This document shows, piece after piece, positions 1-14,474 of a DNA stretch of 64,000 nucleotides. Each line of letters opens with the position of its first letter. Within the stretch, counting starts at the first letter, position 1. The notes under the pieces are model-generated. The model worked only from the letters and a program-made list of their open reading frames with translations. It was not told the origin of the DNA and ran no database searches. Made by a program: the position numbers and the translations under genes. The stretch lies in the NCBI GenBank assembly GCA_965644265.1, contig OZ286474.1:61690001-61754000 (forward strand), written 5' to 3'. The DNA is from Glycera tridactyla (taxonomy: Eukaryota).

Positions 1-1730
1 ATTCAACCACGAGTTGAGCTTCAATAGATACACCTATCAGCCATGATTTGAACTTCGATACATATACCTACCAGCCATGACTTGAGCTCCAAAACACACA
101 CCCACCAATCACGAGTTGAGCTTCAATACATACACCTAATAACCACAAGTTGAGCTTCATTAGATACACCTATCAACCACGAGTTGACCTTCAATAGATA
201 CACCTATCAGCCATGATTTGAACTTCGATACATATACCTACCAGCCATGACTTGAGCTCCAAAACACACACCTACCAATCACGAGTTGAGCTTCAATACA
301 TATACCTATCAACCACGAGTTGAGCTTCAATACAGACACCTATCAACCACGAGTTGAGCTCCAAGACAGACACCTATCAACCACGAGTTGAGCTCCAAGA
401 CAGACACCTATCAACCACGAGTTGAGCTCCAAGACATACACCCATCAACCACGAGTTGAGCTCAAAGACAGACACCTATCAACCACGAGTTGAGCTCCAA
501 GACAGACACCTATCAACCATGAGTTGAGCTCCAAGACATACACCCATCAACCACGAGTTGAGCTCCAAGACAGACACCTATCAACCACGAGTTGAGCTCC
601 AAGACAGACACCTATCAACCACGAGTTGAGCTCCAAGACAGACACCCATCAACCAGGAGTTGAGCTTCAGTACATACACCTACCAACCACGAGTTGAGCT
701 TCAATATATACCCCTACCAACCACTAGTTGAGCTTCAATACATACCCCTATCGACCACGAGTTGAGCTTCAATACATCCACCTACCAACCACCAGTTGGG
801 TTTTAATACATACACCTATCAACCACGAGTTAAGCTTCAATACATCCACCTACCAACCACCAGTTGAGCTTCAATAGATACACCTATCAGCCATGATTTG
901 AACTTCGATACATATACCTACCAGCCATGACTTGAGCTCCAAAACACACACCCACCAATCACGAGTTGAGCTTCAATACATATACCTAATAACCACAAGT
1001 TGAGCTTCATTAGATACACCTATCAACCACGAGTTGGCCTTCAATACATACACCCATCAGCCATGATTTGAACTTCGATACATATACCTACCAGCCATGA
1101 CTTGAGCTCCAAAACACACACCTACCAATCACGAGTTGAGCTTCAATACATATACCTATCAACCACGAGTTGAGCTTCAATACTGACACCTATCAACCAC
1201 GAGTTGAGCTCCAAGACAGACACCTATCAACCACGAGTTGAGCTCCAAGACAGACACCTATCAACCACGAGTTGAGCTCCAAGACATACACCCATCAACC
1301 ACGAGTTGAGCTCCAAGACAGACACCTATCAACCACGAGTTGAGCTCCAAGACAGACACCTATCAACCACGAATTGAGCTCCAAGACATACACCCATCAA
1401 CCACGAGTTGAGCTCCAAGACAGACACCTATCAACCACGAGTTGAGCTCCAAGACAGACACCTATCAACCACGAGTTGAGCTCCAAGACATACACCCATC
1501 AACCACGAGTTGAGCTCCAAGACAGACACCTATCAACCACGAGTTGAGCTCCAAGACATACACCCATCAACCACGAGTTGAGCTCCAAGACATACACCCA
1601 TCAACCAGGAGTTGAGCTTCAATACACACACCTATTCAACCAGGAGTTGAGCTTCAATACATACACCTATCAACCACGAGTTAAACTATCAAAACAGATG
1701 CCTATCCATCATGAGTTGGGCTATCAATAC
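1..1730. repeat. 34-bp tandem satellite (~50 units) with higher-order structure
   Basis: Unit CCAAGACAGACACCTATCAACCACGAGTTGAGCT repeats every 34 bp. A diagnostic variant block recurs at 21, 191, 871 and 1041. Confidence 0.95.
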
Positions 1731-1770
1731 ACATGTCTATCAACCACAAGTTGAGCTATAAATACACATT

Positions 1771-1771
<1 letters not shown>

Positions 1772-1810
<39 letters not shown>
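1772..1810. repeat. (AC)n microsatellite
   Basis: Direct reading. Confidence 0.95.
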
Positions 1811-1814
<4 letters not shown>

Positions 1815-4384
1815 AAAAACACGAACGCGCGCAAAAATGCGTGGCAGTTCGTGGGCGTGTGTGTGCACGTGTTTGTGTGACAGATAACCGCGAAACGATC
1901 GTCGCGAAAATCCTTTCAATGAATCAACCTATTGAGAAGGGTCAGGGGCAGCCTAATCAGGCCGAGAGGTAGGCACCATTCTTACTTCAGACGTTGTGAG
2001 GATATCGGATGTACTGGCACTCTCTCGACTGGTGGTATGATCGGCGACCAATGATAAAAAGAAACGGTTTGGGAATTTCAGAATCATTTTACTTCCTGGT
2101 CACTCCGGAGGCGTTATCGCGGGGAGGGCACTTCGCAGATTTGGAAGCTCCCGGGGAGATGGCAGTTGTTCGACGTCCCGTTGGGCTATATTGAGATTCC
2201 GATGCAATTTGCATGGGTGGGGTAATTGCAGACTTCCCTTGTGGGTCCCTTATTCGACCCAAATACCTTGATTTCGGATACGGTCTGGTTGTACCCAGAT
2301 GAATCCGAATCAAAATAGGAATCGTCCTTCCTACCGGCTGTTGAGAAATGATGAGCTTTGTAGTACTCCATCAGATCATCTTTACTGTATCAGGGGTGAT
2401 GTGTCGTTTTGTTCCTCATGAGCAGTATTCCAATGATATATTTTACTCAAAATGTATCTCGGACCACCATCTAAGAACCTCTATTGTCGGTTTTCAAGGC
2501 ATCCCCCGACAAAAGTATACTACATTTGGGTGGTCCCAGATCGTCGACGAGTTAATCCCACTCGACCATTATTACAGATCTTTTGTGTATGGGGTCTGTG
2601 GGTGATGCTCATTGGGAGAAGGGTATCAGTCTCTCGTGAATTGTGGACATACACTGCAAACCTAGAGCACATCTATTGCATTGAATAGAGGAGATTAGTT
2701 GAAGTGACCTCCGCTAGCGTTCTCCGTCTACCAGCTGCCAGAAAACCTCGTCAATCCGCGGGAGAACTCCACGAATATCTTCGAGGGTCTAAATTCTCGA
2801 ACGGACGCCGTTTCAATCCCTGCATTCTAGTTCGGCCAGACCTTTCAGGACGTGGAGGGAAATCCGCACCCTGGAGGACCATCCGCAGGAAAGCCTCTGA
2901 CCGTGAAATTTATATGTGAGTTTTTGTTTACTTTTCTTCGGGAAAATAAGCACGGGATTATCATATCACAGTTCTCATAATTAGTGAAACTGCAAGCCCT
3001 GACTGTATGTTGGACACGCAAAATCCAATAAGCGGTCCCCACGTGCGAAGTTCGATTCTGGAATTTTATTCATGGAGATTTTTTTCTCTGTGTTTTTGCC
3101 TACTGAGATAACCGATAGCTTCGGGTATATGTTCTACCCTCTACTGGCTACCCGGGCGCATGCATCTTTGATTGATTGATTGATTGATTGATTGAGGTTA
3201 TGAGAATGATGCTAGGTCAACAGGTCTATCAATCCTGTAAACGCGAATCATGCATTCACAACATTTCTCTGACATCACTGCAATCTCTCCTCTTAGAGCG
3301 ACAACGAAAATGTTCTTGCGGATGATAGTATCGATTTTCATGACTGTTGCTCGTTAGTTTTCATGAGGTTTCAGCAGCTGTACAACTGCGAAAATTCCCC
3401 TTGGTAATATAAGCTTCTCAGCAGGCCATAACATAACATAACATAACATAATTATACTATTTTCTAAAATGAAGACTTGGTGAGTATTGAAGCCAGTTCT
3501 CATGGGGCATAAGATTTACTGATTGGTGTGTAATTTGAATAGATAATTGATTAGTGAGTTGATCATCCGCTCACTTGCACCTGCCATTGAAAATTAGTTG
3601 TATTTGATGAAAATATGTCTCATTCTTGATGATCTGTAAGTGAATCTGTTTGGATATGGTTTGTTAGAGAAACAACACAAATAACTCTTGGACTTCAGCA
3701 GTAGCTTCTCGGTACACTGCGGTATACATCAGAGACCTTGGTATGAGGAGACGGCCTACTTAGCCCATAAAGTGTAACACGTGTGAGGCGAGCTGGCGAG
3801 TCACCCCTGCCCCATCCCATGTCGAATGTGCACCCTAATTTCAGGATACCTAGCAGTCATAACATTACTTGTGGCATAGTGAATGGAAAAGTGACTGTGT
3901 GACAGTGGGTGCTGCATTCAACTGCAGTGACTACACGGGATCTAGGAAGGGAACATGCATATCTGCACTGTTGTATACAGGGGAAATGCATCTGATGATG
4001 ATGATGGTTTACTGTATGTATGGCACACTCAAACCTGCTCAAGAGACCAACTCTCTAAAAAGACTACACAGAAGTATCACTTATCATATTCTTGACTGAA
4101 CTGACCTGAATGTTCAGGTATACCAAAATCCAGAGTACATGATTCTACAGAGATCACTTGCCCACAAAGCTGCAAGCTCAAGTGGTACTTGTAGACAGGT
4201 TCAACTACAGCGGAATCTGCATAATCTAATTTCTATATCATGGGTGGTTGATGGAAGGTTGAATATGTGATCTGTCAGCTGTATTCATGAGCTAAAAACC
4301 ACCACTCATAAGCTGCATGTGGACTAAAGGACGAAATAGGATGATAATCATATGAGTAGAAGAGGGTTACGGTTATTACATATA

Positions 4385-4562
4385 CAGTGAAACCTGTCTT
4401 GGGGGAATCCTCTTTTGGGAGATCACCCTTCAATGGGAGACTGCTCTCTATCGGCTCTTCTCTATTTGATATGCTCAAATATACCTCCAATGAAAGACCA
4501 CCTGTCTTGAGAGACCACTTTTTGTTGGTGTTTGGGGCGGTCTCACAAGACAGGTTTTCCTG
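4385..4562. mobile_element. Tc1/mariner (pogo/Tigger-like) MITE
   Basis: TA|CAGTGAAACCTGTCTTG ... CAAGACAGGTTTTCCTG|TA: terminal inverted repeats with a TA duplication, no ORF. Confidence 0.8.
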
Positions 4563-5744
4563 TAATACAATGAGGTCATTGAGCCATCATGTAACAACTA
4601 ACATGGTTTAACACAAATGGATATCCTTCTGGTAATAGCTCTGTTCATGTAAATAGTAATGGAAGAAACAGTTTTAGTATGTACTGCCCTGCATGTGGAC
4701 ATCAAAGGGTTAATATGATTAGGTATCTCAGTATCAAAGGACATTGATATATGATATGGATGTCCATCTTTGTGTGAGAAGATGTGGGATGGGGCCAAGA
4801 GCAGAGCCATAGAAAACACCAAAGAGTAGTCAAAAACCGCTTCAGTACTAATCATAATTGCTAGTTTATCCAGAAGGATAGGTTAGATTGATTTTCAGGC
4901 AATACAGGCTCTTCACACAACCCTTTTCCTGGCCTCAGTAGGGGCCAGGCATGCGCAGACTGCCTGATAATTTTACTTTACTTAGCGAGGCCTCCTCGCT
5001 ATCAATGGTAACCAATAGGGGTAATGTTTTATATCTCATATCTTTCATATTGATCCGTTCTACATGGGCTTTTCACAGTTGTCGTACCTATCAATAAGAT
5101 GACCAGTTATCAATCTGCATAATTTGGAAAAAATTGCACAAGAGTGAACTAGAAAATGTCCGGTGTGGAAACTTTCTGGATGTCTGCTGTGAATATTCAT
5201 ATGCAGCATGAAAGTGGTCAACCCACTCCTGCCCCTCCTGCTTACATAACCCCCTGTGATGTTGATTTGTGGTCATTGCCTCACATCTCAGATCACTGGT
5301 CAGCTGGTGAGAGTGCAATCAGATATGTTTCTTTGTTTATCACAACTTCCAGGTAGATGAGGGGGAGAGGTAAGTGACCGAGGTATAGTAGTATGAATGG
5401 GACGAAATGATCATCATCATCATCATCATCTTCATCATCATCATCATCACAATGGAGCGCTAATTTGAATTGATCATGTACTCAGAGAAATATCATCATC
5501 TGATGTCAAAACTGGTAACGGGAAGTAACGAGTTGAGATGTATCGGAACATTTTAAAAGACGGACATCCTTTCGAGGTCGGAAAGAATATGTTGTTACAG
5601 GGAGAACGGGCCTTTGCATACCCGCACAGTTTGAGCGACCCCGCACGTACAGCTGTTGCAATTCCTATTGGGCGTGCTGTTCGATTCCCCAGAAGGTACA
5701 ATTTGTGCGACCCCACAAGTACATGCAGTTGCCCATACTATCTA

Positions 5745-5745
5745 A

Positions 5746-5778
<33 letters not shown>

Positions 5779-5823
5779 ACACATAGGCGCGCACACACAC
5801 ACACAAACACACACACACACACA
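5745..5823. repeat. (AC)n microsatellite, interrupted
   Basis: Direct reading. Confidence 0.9.
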
Positions 5824-6639
5824 AGCGATTCATGTGTTAGTGCAGTCGCTTCAGTGCAAGCAGTCTGTGAGAAGCCCCGGGCAAGCAATGGGCTACATGT
5901 TCACGAATGCAGGTATGTGAGCCAGTCACCGATGATACAAGGTTCCCAGCAGGTAGAGATTCTATATTATGACATCAATGCCATGAGCATAGTAGCACAT
6001 AGAAAGGACCCATGTTGGATAAAGATCTGGCCATGCTACATCGAAGGCTCCCAGTCTTCAAAGGCTTCAAATTATAATTTCTGCAGAAGGTGTATATAGT
6101 ACACATCTCCCCTGCAGGCATCCTTCTTCTTACCACTCTAGTTTGGGACTGCAGTTTAGCCGATTGAAAGTGATAAACTGCTCCGATTTCCATGAAATCT
6201 TGTATCGATTGTTGTGAAAGCCTGTCTACTTTGCATAGATCACTTGGATAGCGCTTCATGTGTCTATCTTCCATGAAAATGGCTCCTACTTCTAGAAATT
6301 TCTTGCCAGCTCATGATCGATCGCCATCAGGTTTGACACCCTGCTGATATGAATAATCTCTACCTTTTTCTGTTTATTTCATACTGATTCTCCATTGTGC
6401 ATTATAGATATACATTGAAGCATTTCAATCTTGGGAGGCATTAAAGCGCTTGACTGTGTAATTTAGTGATTCATTAGTGAAATCCACATGCTTGATGATT
6501 GGGTTTTGAGAGTAAGATATCCAATCCCGCAGCAGCAGCTGGAGGATGAATGTGGAAATTCAAATTGATTTCTCTCACACTCACCAGCATCCTTTTTTTT
6601 CGGCACACATGCCTAGTTAGAGTATAGAACCTTACAGAC

Positions 6640-7085
6640 TGCGTCTTCGTGGCATATCACATTCTATCACAGTTGAATAGTGGACTACAGTATATCAGTC
6701 CATGAGAGATATCAAGATTGGGGTTGCACTCATTGTCCCAGTCGGGCCTGCCAGAAACATTGGAAGTATATTTGATGACAGTTTGACCATTGATAAACAA
6801 ATGAGCATGGCCTGCCAACCAGCAAACTTCCGAATCTGTAGGATAAGCAGTATATCCGGTAAAACCTATTATATGAACCATCAAAGACATTCTTTTATTC
6901 ACTAGTTACATCTCGAATTGCTAATGGTAATGTCTTGCTCACCAGAACAATGACTTTTGGCAGGATGGCCTTTCAATGCGCCGGCCCAAAACTGATGAAT
7001 TTCTTACCACAGGAGATAAGAGATGCACCACGTCTGAATACATTCAAATCCTCACTAAAAGCCATCTTTTCAGAGACTACTATGG
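6640..7085 (+). pseudogene. Decayed 3' fragment of an L2/CR1-group ORF2
   Basis: ARNIGSIFDDSLTIDKQMSMACQPANFRI resembles the L2 ARNLGVIFD motif. Downstream GRMAFQCAGPKLMNFLPQEIRDAPRLNTFKSSLK resembles the L2 C-terminal G.RAFS.AAP.LWN.LP...FK..LK motif. Frames are broken. Confidence 0.75.
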
Positions 7086-10000
7086 TGCAAACTAGACTTG
7101 AATGATCACTGATTCTACAGAAGCCGCATCGATAATTAATCTATCATGTCCCATCTAAACTGTGTGTGTGTGGGCGCGGGAGTGTGTGCATTTTATGCAT
7201 GCTGAGGTGTGGATCAAGCAGAATGAATGAACTTGTGACTGCCTGCGGCTGGCACTGGGTCTGGTCCTTCCCTATAAGTTGAGGTCCACCTACTTGCTGG
7301 TGGTTGTGGACATGCACCTTTCACCAAGAAAATTCATCATCCCATTATTGTAATTGTGTATCATCCATTTCTTCGTTGATAATTATATTGTATGGTCGAG
7401 TCTGGTACACAGGTATGTTTTTCACTTGTGAAGTGCCTTTGAACATGCTATGGATATTGGCGCTATATAAATCACTATCTTTATCATACAGCTATTCATC
7501 AGTAAATGATATGCTGCTAAATCACAATTACTTCACATATCGCTGCACATCAGGTCAAATATGAACTGAAAAAGAATGCTCATGCAATGCTCTTGGGACA
7601 AAACAGTGCCCATTACCAAAGATATGAAGAGGTCATCGGGTTTCTCACTTCAACGCCTCCCACCCCCCCCCCCCCTCCACACCATGTATTAATGTGGAAG
7701 CTTGTGTCCTCGTGCCCCGCGCCTTTCAGCTTGGGGTTGATAGATTGCTTGGAGTTCAATGATATGTATAAACCCAAAGAATCAGGTATCATACAACTTG
7801 GATGAACTGTCCTCAGCACGCAACACTCTCACAATCCCTGAACAGAAAGATGATTGGGAACCAGAAATATTGTCGAGTGAAAGTAGCTTCTGTTTCATAT
7901 ATAACGCGATCTACCTACAATGATACCCAGAAACTATCTGATGACACAACTGACGAAGCCGAGCAATGCTTTTACACAGCACAGTACCTACGACAAGAGA
8001 ATGCATTGATCCAAAGCGAGTGAATAAACGAAATGGCATGGGTTTTTGCTTTTCACCCACGACTCATTTTGGGACGCTCGTTTATGTTTGGCCATTAAAA
8101 TGTGTATATAGACACGCTGCTATAGTTTGTTTATGCTTGAGTGGATCTGTTGACACAATTTCCTCGTGACATCCAGCAAGCGAGTGAGTGTCTATGTGCA
8201 TATCATTAGCCTAAAATTTACCTTAAGAATGTACCTCAAGTACGGTCGTTAGTTTACCCGATGAGGGTATCAAGACCAGTACCAAGGGTGTTGTGGTCCT
8301 CTCAGCCCCATCTTCTAGCAATGACTTCTCAAAGGACAGGAATTCATTTCGAAATACTTCTATCGTCCGGCAGGGCGAGTCAGTTCTACTTATCTGTTTG
8401 AAAGGCAATTGAAGCAACTCCAACCACAACTTATTTCGATTTTGTGCCGATAACCGAAGTCGGAACAACGAGGCTCCTTTGAGTAGTGCTAGAGCTGAAG
8501 TTATATCAACGTCATTTGAGTCTCTCGGGATCGCATGACAGGCCCAGCTTCCACCCAGTTACATAGTTGGACATGTCATAGTTAGGCTCTGTATATCCAT
8601 ATTGAATAGGGAGAGGTGTGTCTCAACTGTCAGCTGATTCCATCTGACAACCTTCCAGGTTTTCCATTATCTTGTGTTGAGGGTGTGTATAAGTGATGCC
8701 TGCAGGGAACAGAGCATCTAGCTCTCCTTCTGGGTTAATGTATGCCGTTAAACCTAAAAAAAGCAAACAAAGAAAGCTCACATTGGAGCAGTATTCTCCG
8801 ATAATAGTGACTTTTATTATGTAAATAAGCGAGTCTTGCGGGAGATACCTGCACAAACTGTGGAACATGTTCCCAGATTCTTCGGCATCATCGCAGTTCC
8901 ATCCTTGGTTTAGACGCTGATCGTTGGATGAGGTGGTTGTGATAGTGATTGTCCTATCTTATCTCACTTGTTTTGGTTGAACATGAGCGCAGAAACAGGA
9001 AATCCCAGACCATGATTCTGTTCGCATGTGCTCAAGTGTGGTCATGCCTACTTGACCATAACGTTACCATCACAGGTCTGATCCCTTTGAAATATTTGCC
9101 GTGCGTGCTGTTCCTCATTGTTGTTGCTACTGGTGTTGTTGCTGCCGCTACTACCGAATGTATTTCTTGTGGGTATATTCCTACTGCAGGTACTGCCACG
9201 GATGATGCTGCTGTTGCTGCTGCTGTTTCACTTGTTGCTGCTTCTGCTGCTGATAACTTCACTATTAACTCATATTCCCCCAGCAGAACAGCATATTCTA
9301 TGACAGTTTAGTTGGCCCATATGACACATGACTAAGAAATACCAAGAGCCATAAATAGAAATGCTGTGTCCTCCTATATTCACCGATGACTAAAAGGGAA
9401 CCAAAATGCTGGATCAGTTGGTCCATATAAGGCAATATGATGGCCAAAAAACCGCCTGAAGCTCTGCTCCTGTTGCTTGTGCTGTGGGTGTTGCAGCTTT
9501 TACTTCTACTGTTGTTGTGAATTGTGCTTCTTTTGATCTGACCTTCTCTCAAACCAGTGATTTTGAGAAGGAAGAAAGGATACTGGCTGGACTTCCATCA
9601 TAACCACTATATCTGTAGGACTGTTGCTGCTGTTGTTTCTGCTGCTCCTGCTACTGCGGGTACTGCTATTCAATCCACAGAAACTGGTGCGTGTGCCGTT
9701 ACTACCGCTACAATAAGATATGTAAGAATAAACCTCTATCTCTCCCCACAATACCATATATGATCAATTCAAATTCGCTTCAAAACAACATGTATTACAT
9801 ACGGATCAGAGTGGCTTTTGTTTCCTAAATGGCGGGGGAGGTACTTGTTATCATTCTTTAGCGTTACAGGTAATATGGAGGTGAAAGTCATGTCCTTGAC
9901 AAGTTCACCTGGCATCACAATAACATTCATTGACATAGTCTTTCTTAACTCCCTGTGGAGCGAGAAGGTGGCGCCATTGTCTGAGCATTCTATAATTGCC

Positions 10001-10629
10001 ACCAGTATCCGAGTACTTGGAGGTTCAAATGTAATCTTCACACAGTAATGATTTCTATGCGACGATTCGCGATTATACAGATCATGTAATGGCATCAGCC
10101 CAGTATTTGAAGGGACTGATTTGAAACGTTTTGTTTGACTAATCATGTGAGGGAAAGGTACATATTCTCCCAATAAGAGTGCAAAAACACGATACTCTAT
10201 ACCATATATACAATACAACAGGAAAGAGAGAAAAAGTATGACTGAGATATTCACGTTCCCATCAAGTACAAGCTTTGCAGTTTTCTACCACAATACCAAA
10301 TCAGTCGCTATGAGTATCAATCGATATGGGGCTAGTCTCAGAAATAATCTATATATAGCCCAAAAGAGAATTCACTTTCAGTGTCGGTAGATGATTTCTA
10401 TCTCTATCATGTGATCTATCATCTCCATCGATATCTTTCTCACAGTAATCGACTGTCTGCCTGTGTGTATCTCTATTATTTTGTCCGCCTTTCCAACTGT
10501 CTGTCGCGCAAAAGTCAACACAAACAATCACAATCACCCCTACACATAAACACATATAGAGAGAGACCACCCCTCTCCCTCTCTCTTTTCCTCTGTCTCA
10601 CTCTTTCTTTCCTCCCGTGACTACATCTC

Positions 10630-10874
10630 NNNNNNNNNNNNNNNNNNNNNNNNNNNNNNNNNNNNNNNNNNNNNNNNNNNNNNNNNNNNNNNNNNNNNNN
10701 NNNNNNNNNNNNNNNNNNNNNNNNNNNNNNNNNNNNNNNNNNNNNNNNNNNNNNNNNNNNNNNNNNNNNNNNNNNNNNNNNNNNNNNNNNNNNNNNNNNN
10801 NNNNNNNNNNNNNNNNNNNNNNNNNNNNNNNNNNNNNNNNNNNNNNNNNNNNNNNNNNNNNNNNNNNNNNNNNN
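10630..10874. other. Assembly gap (N run)
   Basis: Run of n. Confidence 1.
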
Positions 10875-11334
10875 GTCAGTAGTGAGGTGATGGGAATTTT
10901 TCAAAATTGCACTTAGTGTCTACGTTCGGATAGCAAGAATTTCAATTCGACCACCGGAAAAAGTAGCGACATCAATTTCTGTTCTTTTCACCTCTCCGTG
11001 AAACAGGTGCCGTGAAATGTCACTTGTTTGAGAACAAAGCGCTTCGTCACATTTTGGAAATTCCGAAAACGTTTCCGGGTATGGTACAAGTCGCCATCGT
11101 TCGTTCCCCCATCTACCGCATCAACCACATTTACCCAATAAACACACGAATAGACGGAACTTGGGATTGTCCTTTTGCGGTATCAAATCCAACCACTTTG
11201 TAGCATGGTTTCCTTCGATTATGTTCGTTCCTTCCAGGGACAATGGTGGCCTTGTATAGGCTAATTGATCATCTTGAGGATGAGAACATTAATACCATTA
11301 TAATTATTAATATTATAATTACTATCATGATCGA

Positions 11335-11338
11335 TATT

Positions 11339-11406
<68 letters not shown>

Positions 11407-11430
11407 TATCATCATCATCATCATTATCAT
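11335..11430. repeat. (ATC)n microsatellite
   Basis: Direct reading; explains the poly-Ile ORF 11243-11461. Confidence 0.95.
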
Positions 11431-11771
11431 ACTTACCATTTTTAGACTGGATATAGACTAGATACAGGTCACAATCATCGTGAATACCAACGCACTACTA
11501 CATGCTTAGTGAAAGGGCCCTCGGGCTATGGCCCCAAGCTTCCTGCCTAGGTGTCTGCACTCCCCAGCTTACCCAACCAATGGCCACCATGACCCCGCAT
11601 TATGCAATATCATGCGGTTCAGCCAGTCCCGCATTGTATATAGTATATTGGAATACCATGTACAGGATTTGTCGAATAACTAATTCTATAGAAACAAGAA
11701 GCTGTCACAGACAGTGTATCCCTCGCTATGGGTGCTTTTTCACAAAAGGCAAAAACTCCATGTGTGTGCGC

Positions 11772-11816
11772 ACACACATAAGCACACAGACGCACACACA
11801 CACACGCACGCATGCA

Positions 11817-11866
<50 letters not shown>
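11772..11866. repeat. (AC)n/(GC)n compound microsatellite
   Basis: Direct reading. Confidence 0.9.
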
Positions 11867-11868
<2 letters not shown>

Positions 11869-14474
11869 AAGAAAGAGTTGGGTTCAAAGTTTGTGTTTGA
11901 ATAGAGGAGTCTCCAGATGTAATCGACGCAGGTCAATGAATGGCTTCAGAATATTTGTATAGGTCTCACATAACACAAACGCTGTATGAACAAAAGAACA
12001 CGTCGGATTACAGAGAAGCTGACCTATTAATGAGGGCAAAGCTGAATGAGGTGTTGTCAATTCAGGGGACTGGTTCACAATATGGACATCTTGAATATTC
12101 CAAAATATGCCCAAAAATGCATGTAAAATCGAAAAAAGGGCAAGAACTCCTTCCAAAATGATTCAATCATAAAACCCTGACAATTTGCTCGGCAGAACCT
12201 TATCATGATCATTCTGTGAAAGTTTGGTGAAAATCGCATGTAAAATGAATGAGATGTTGCGCAGCCAAGATAGTGTGAGGGACTGACGGACTGATGGACT
12301 GACCGACTGACGGACGGCCTCTATTTCAATATCCCAACGCCTTTTGGCGAGGGATAGTAAGGGTCATTAGATAATACGAGGTTGCTTATGCGAATGATTC
12401 CACAAGAACACAGACCCATTGAAATCCCGAAGCTCTTCAGATGATATGGATGTAGAAAATGACATCTATACACTCTAAGCATAACATACAGAACCAAACA
12501 CTCAATTTCTAGGATGGTTGGGACTTTTCCTTATCACTCGAATACGTGACATGCTCCATATAGGATGTGTTTGGTGATCCGTTGATCTAAACTCATCCTA
12601 CATCTACACCTTTGTTTGACAAGTTTCAATATATAGGAAGGCTTGCTGATTGCTATTGAATCATCTGATCTCACATCTACTCGTATATGGCACCATTCAC
12701 CAGACATGGCAGCCAGGAAAGGTCATTATTGCAGACAAAGGAAAACCGAGAGAGAAGGAGAGAGAGGGTGAGAGAAAGTAAGAGAGAGAGAAAGAAAGAG
12801 ACAGACTGATAAAAAGCGAGACGGGGATAGAGAGCGACAAAGAATATAGTGAAGGGAAGGTGAACAATGGGCTTGTTAGTCTGGAAGACAACTTGTTTTG
12901 TAGCGCAAACAGAACATATAATTGTTGCAGACCGAGAAAGAGAGAGAGACGGGGGTGACAGAGAATATGTTGAAAAGAAGGTAAACGATGGGCTGACTAG
13001 GCTTATAACATAAGCAAACGTGCAAATTGTATTGAAACAGTGGAGCGAATGGAGCGGGACTGAGTTGGGTGGGCATCGAACATTACCATCTTTCGAAATA
13101 GTAGCATGATGATTTCATCAACCGGAAGTACTCAGACACCAAGCTGCGGGGTACATCGTGGCCGCGGTAGCTTGCAAATTTAAGATACCAGTACCCAGGA
13201 ATTCGGAGATTACGGGTGAATATGTCACCGAGCTAAAATAATGAAATATGTGCAATAATATCCACTCACTTATATGTTCACATGAGAGCACTGATTGTTC
13301 TGAGTTCTGTAGAATGTTTCCCGGATCATTGTGAATTAGTGGGAATTGATGGGGAAGAAGCACTCGTCATCTGACAATGGCATACTTACTTCCTCAATAT
13401 CCACATTCAGAATCAATCCCTGACGCCTACTCAAAACGTAGTGGTTTTGTTTGTGGGTAAAACAATCAGCGCTGATGAGATCACATATCTCTGAGAACTT
13501 CACCGACACTTTTGTCCCCGATACTTTTTTCATTTTGTGTCCAGTTGCATGATGGTTCGAACTGAATGCACTCAGTGAGTGCGATTATCCCACATAGTAC
13601 ACTCAATGACTATGAAATTCAAGATGTCTGCCCCCCCCCCCCCAAAAAAAAAAAAACAATAGGTGTCCTGCCCGACCCTGGGAGAGTATGTGCTCTGGAA
13701 TTGAGATGGCTAGACTACAAACCTTTCGAGCTATTCTGGAAATCAATTTACCTTTCTGTGTTTCATGACCTCGAAAGTCAATATGGCCGTCCAAAAATTG
13801 ATATGTGTTCTGCCAGAGTCTGTGTTCCAGACTTGAAATGTTTAGCCCTCACGCTTATAAAGTTATTGTCCAGAAATGGCTTTCACCTTTTCGCACGTAG
13901 TGACCTTCGTATTCAAGATAGCTACCCGATAACGATAGGCGTCATACAAGTCTCCAGGAAAACCTTCACTTCAAGTTCGAGATGGCTAGCCCTCAAACCT
14001 TTTAGGTTATTGCCAAGAAACCATTTTGAACTACCTGCACTTAATGACCTTGAAAGTCAAGATTGACACCTGAAAACAAGAGGTGTCTTGCCAGTCACGA
14101 GGAAAGTCTATATTCCAATGTTTCAAGTGGGTAGCTCTAAGACTTTTCAAGTCATGATGAGAAACTATTTTGCGGTTTTTGCGCTATGTGTCATTGAAAT
14201 TCAAGATGGCCTCCCAAAATTATTATGTTTCACGCCAGTCTCTAGAAGAAACTTCACTCCGAGATTGAGATGACTAGCTCTCAATCTATCCAAGCTATCG
14301 TCCGAAAACCATTTTGAGCTTTCTGGCACTATGTGCCCTCTTTATTCAAGTAACCAGTCCACCAGTAAATCAATGGGCATCTTGCCAGACCTGAAGTGTT
14401 CCTATTGACAAAGTTTTACCTTGACGCATCTCAAACATCTTAAATTATCATTCGGGAAGCATCATTCACCCACA

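Noticed and set aside
1-1730. Regular ~34-bp periodicity resembling a CRISPR array
   Set aside because: Units are contiguous near-identical repeats with no unique spacers, there are no cas genes, and the context is eukaryotic
1733-5920. HT-repeat ORFs (also 11502-11962) and poly-Leu/Ala ORFs (8949-9311, 63667-63891)
   Set aside because: Translations of microsatellites
9769-10254. 161-aa minus-strand ORF as a gene
   Set aside because: No recognisable motif, non-ATG context and no convincing splice pair; cannot be supported
10515-10916. ORFs containing X runs (also 16129-16742)
   Set aside because: Artefacts of N gaps
6134-13561. Possible minus-strand host exons (~6134-6343, ~8240-8385, ~13390-13561)
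   Set aside because: Open frames with plausible donors, but weak acceptors and no recognisable protein family; left unannotated
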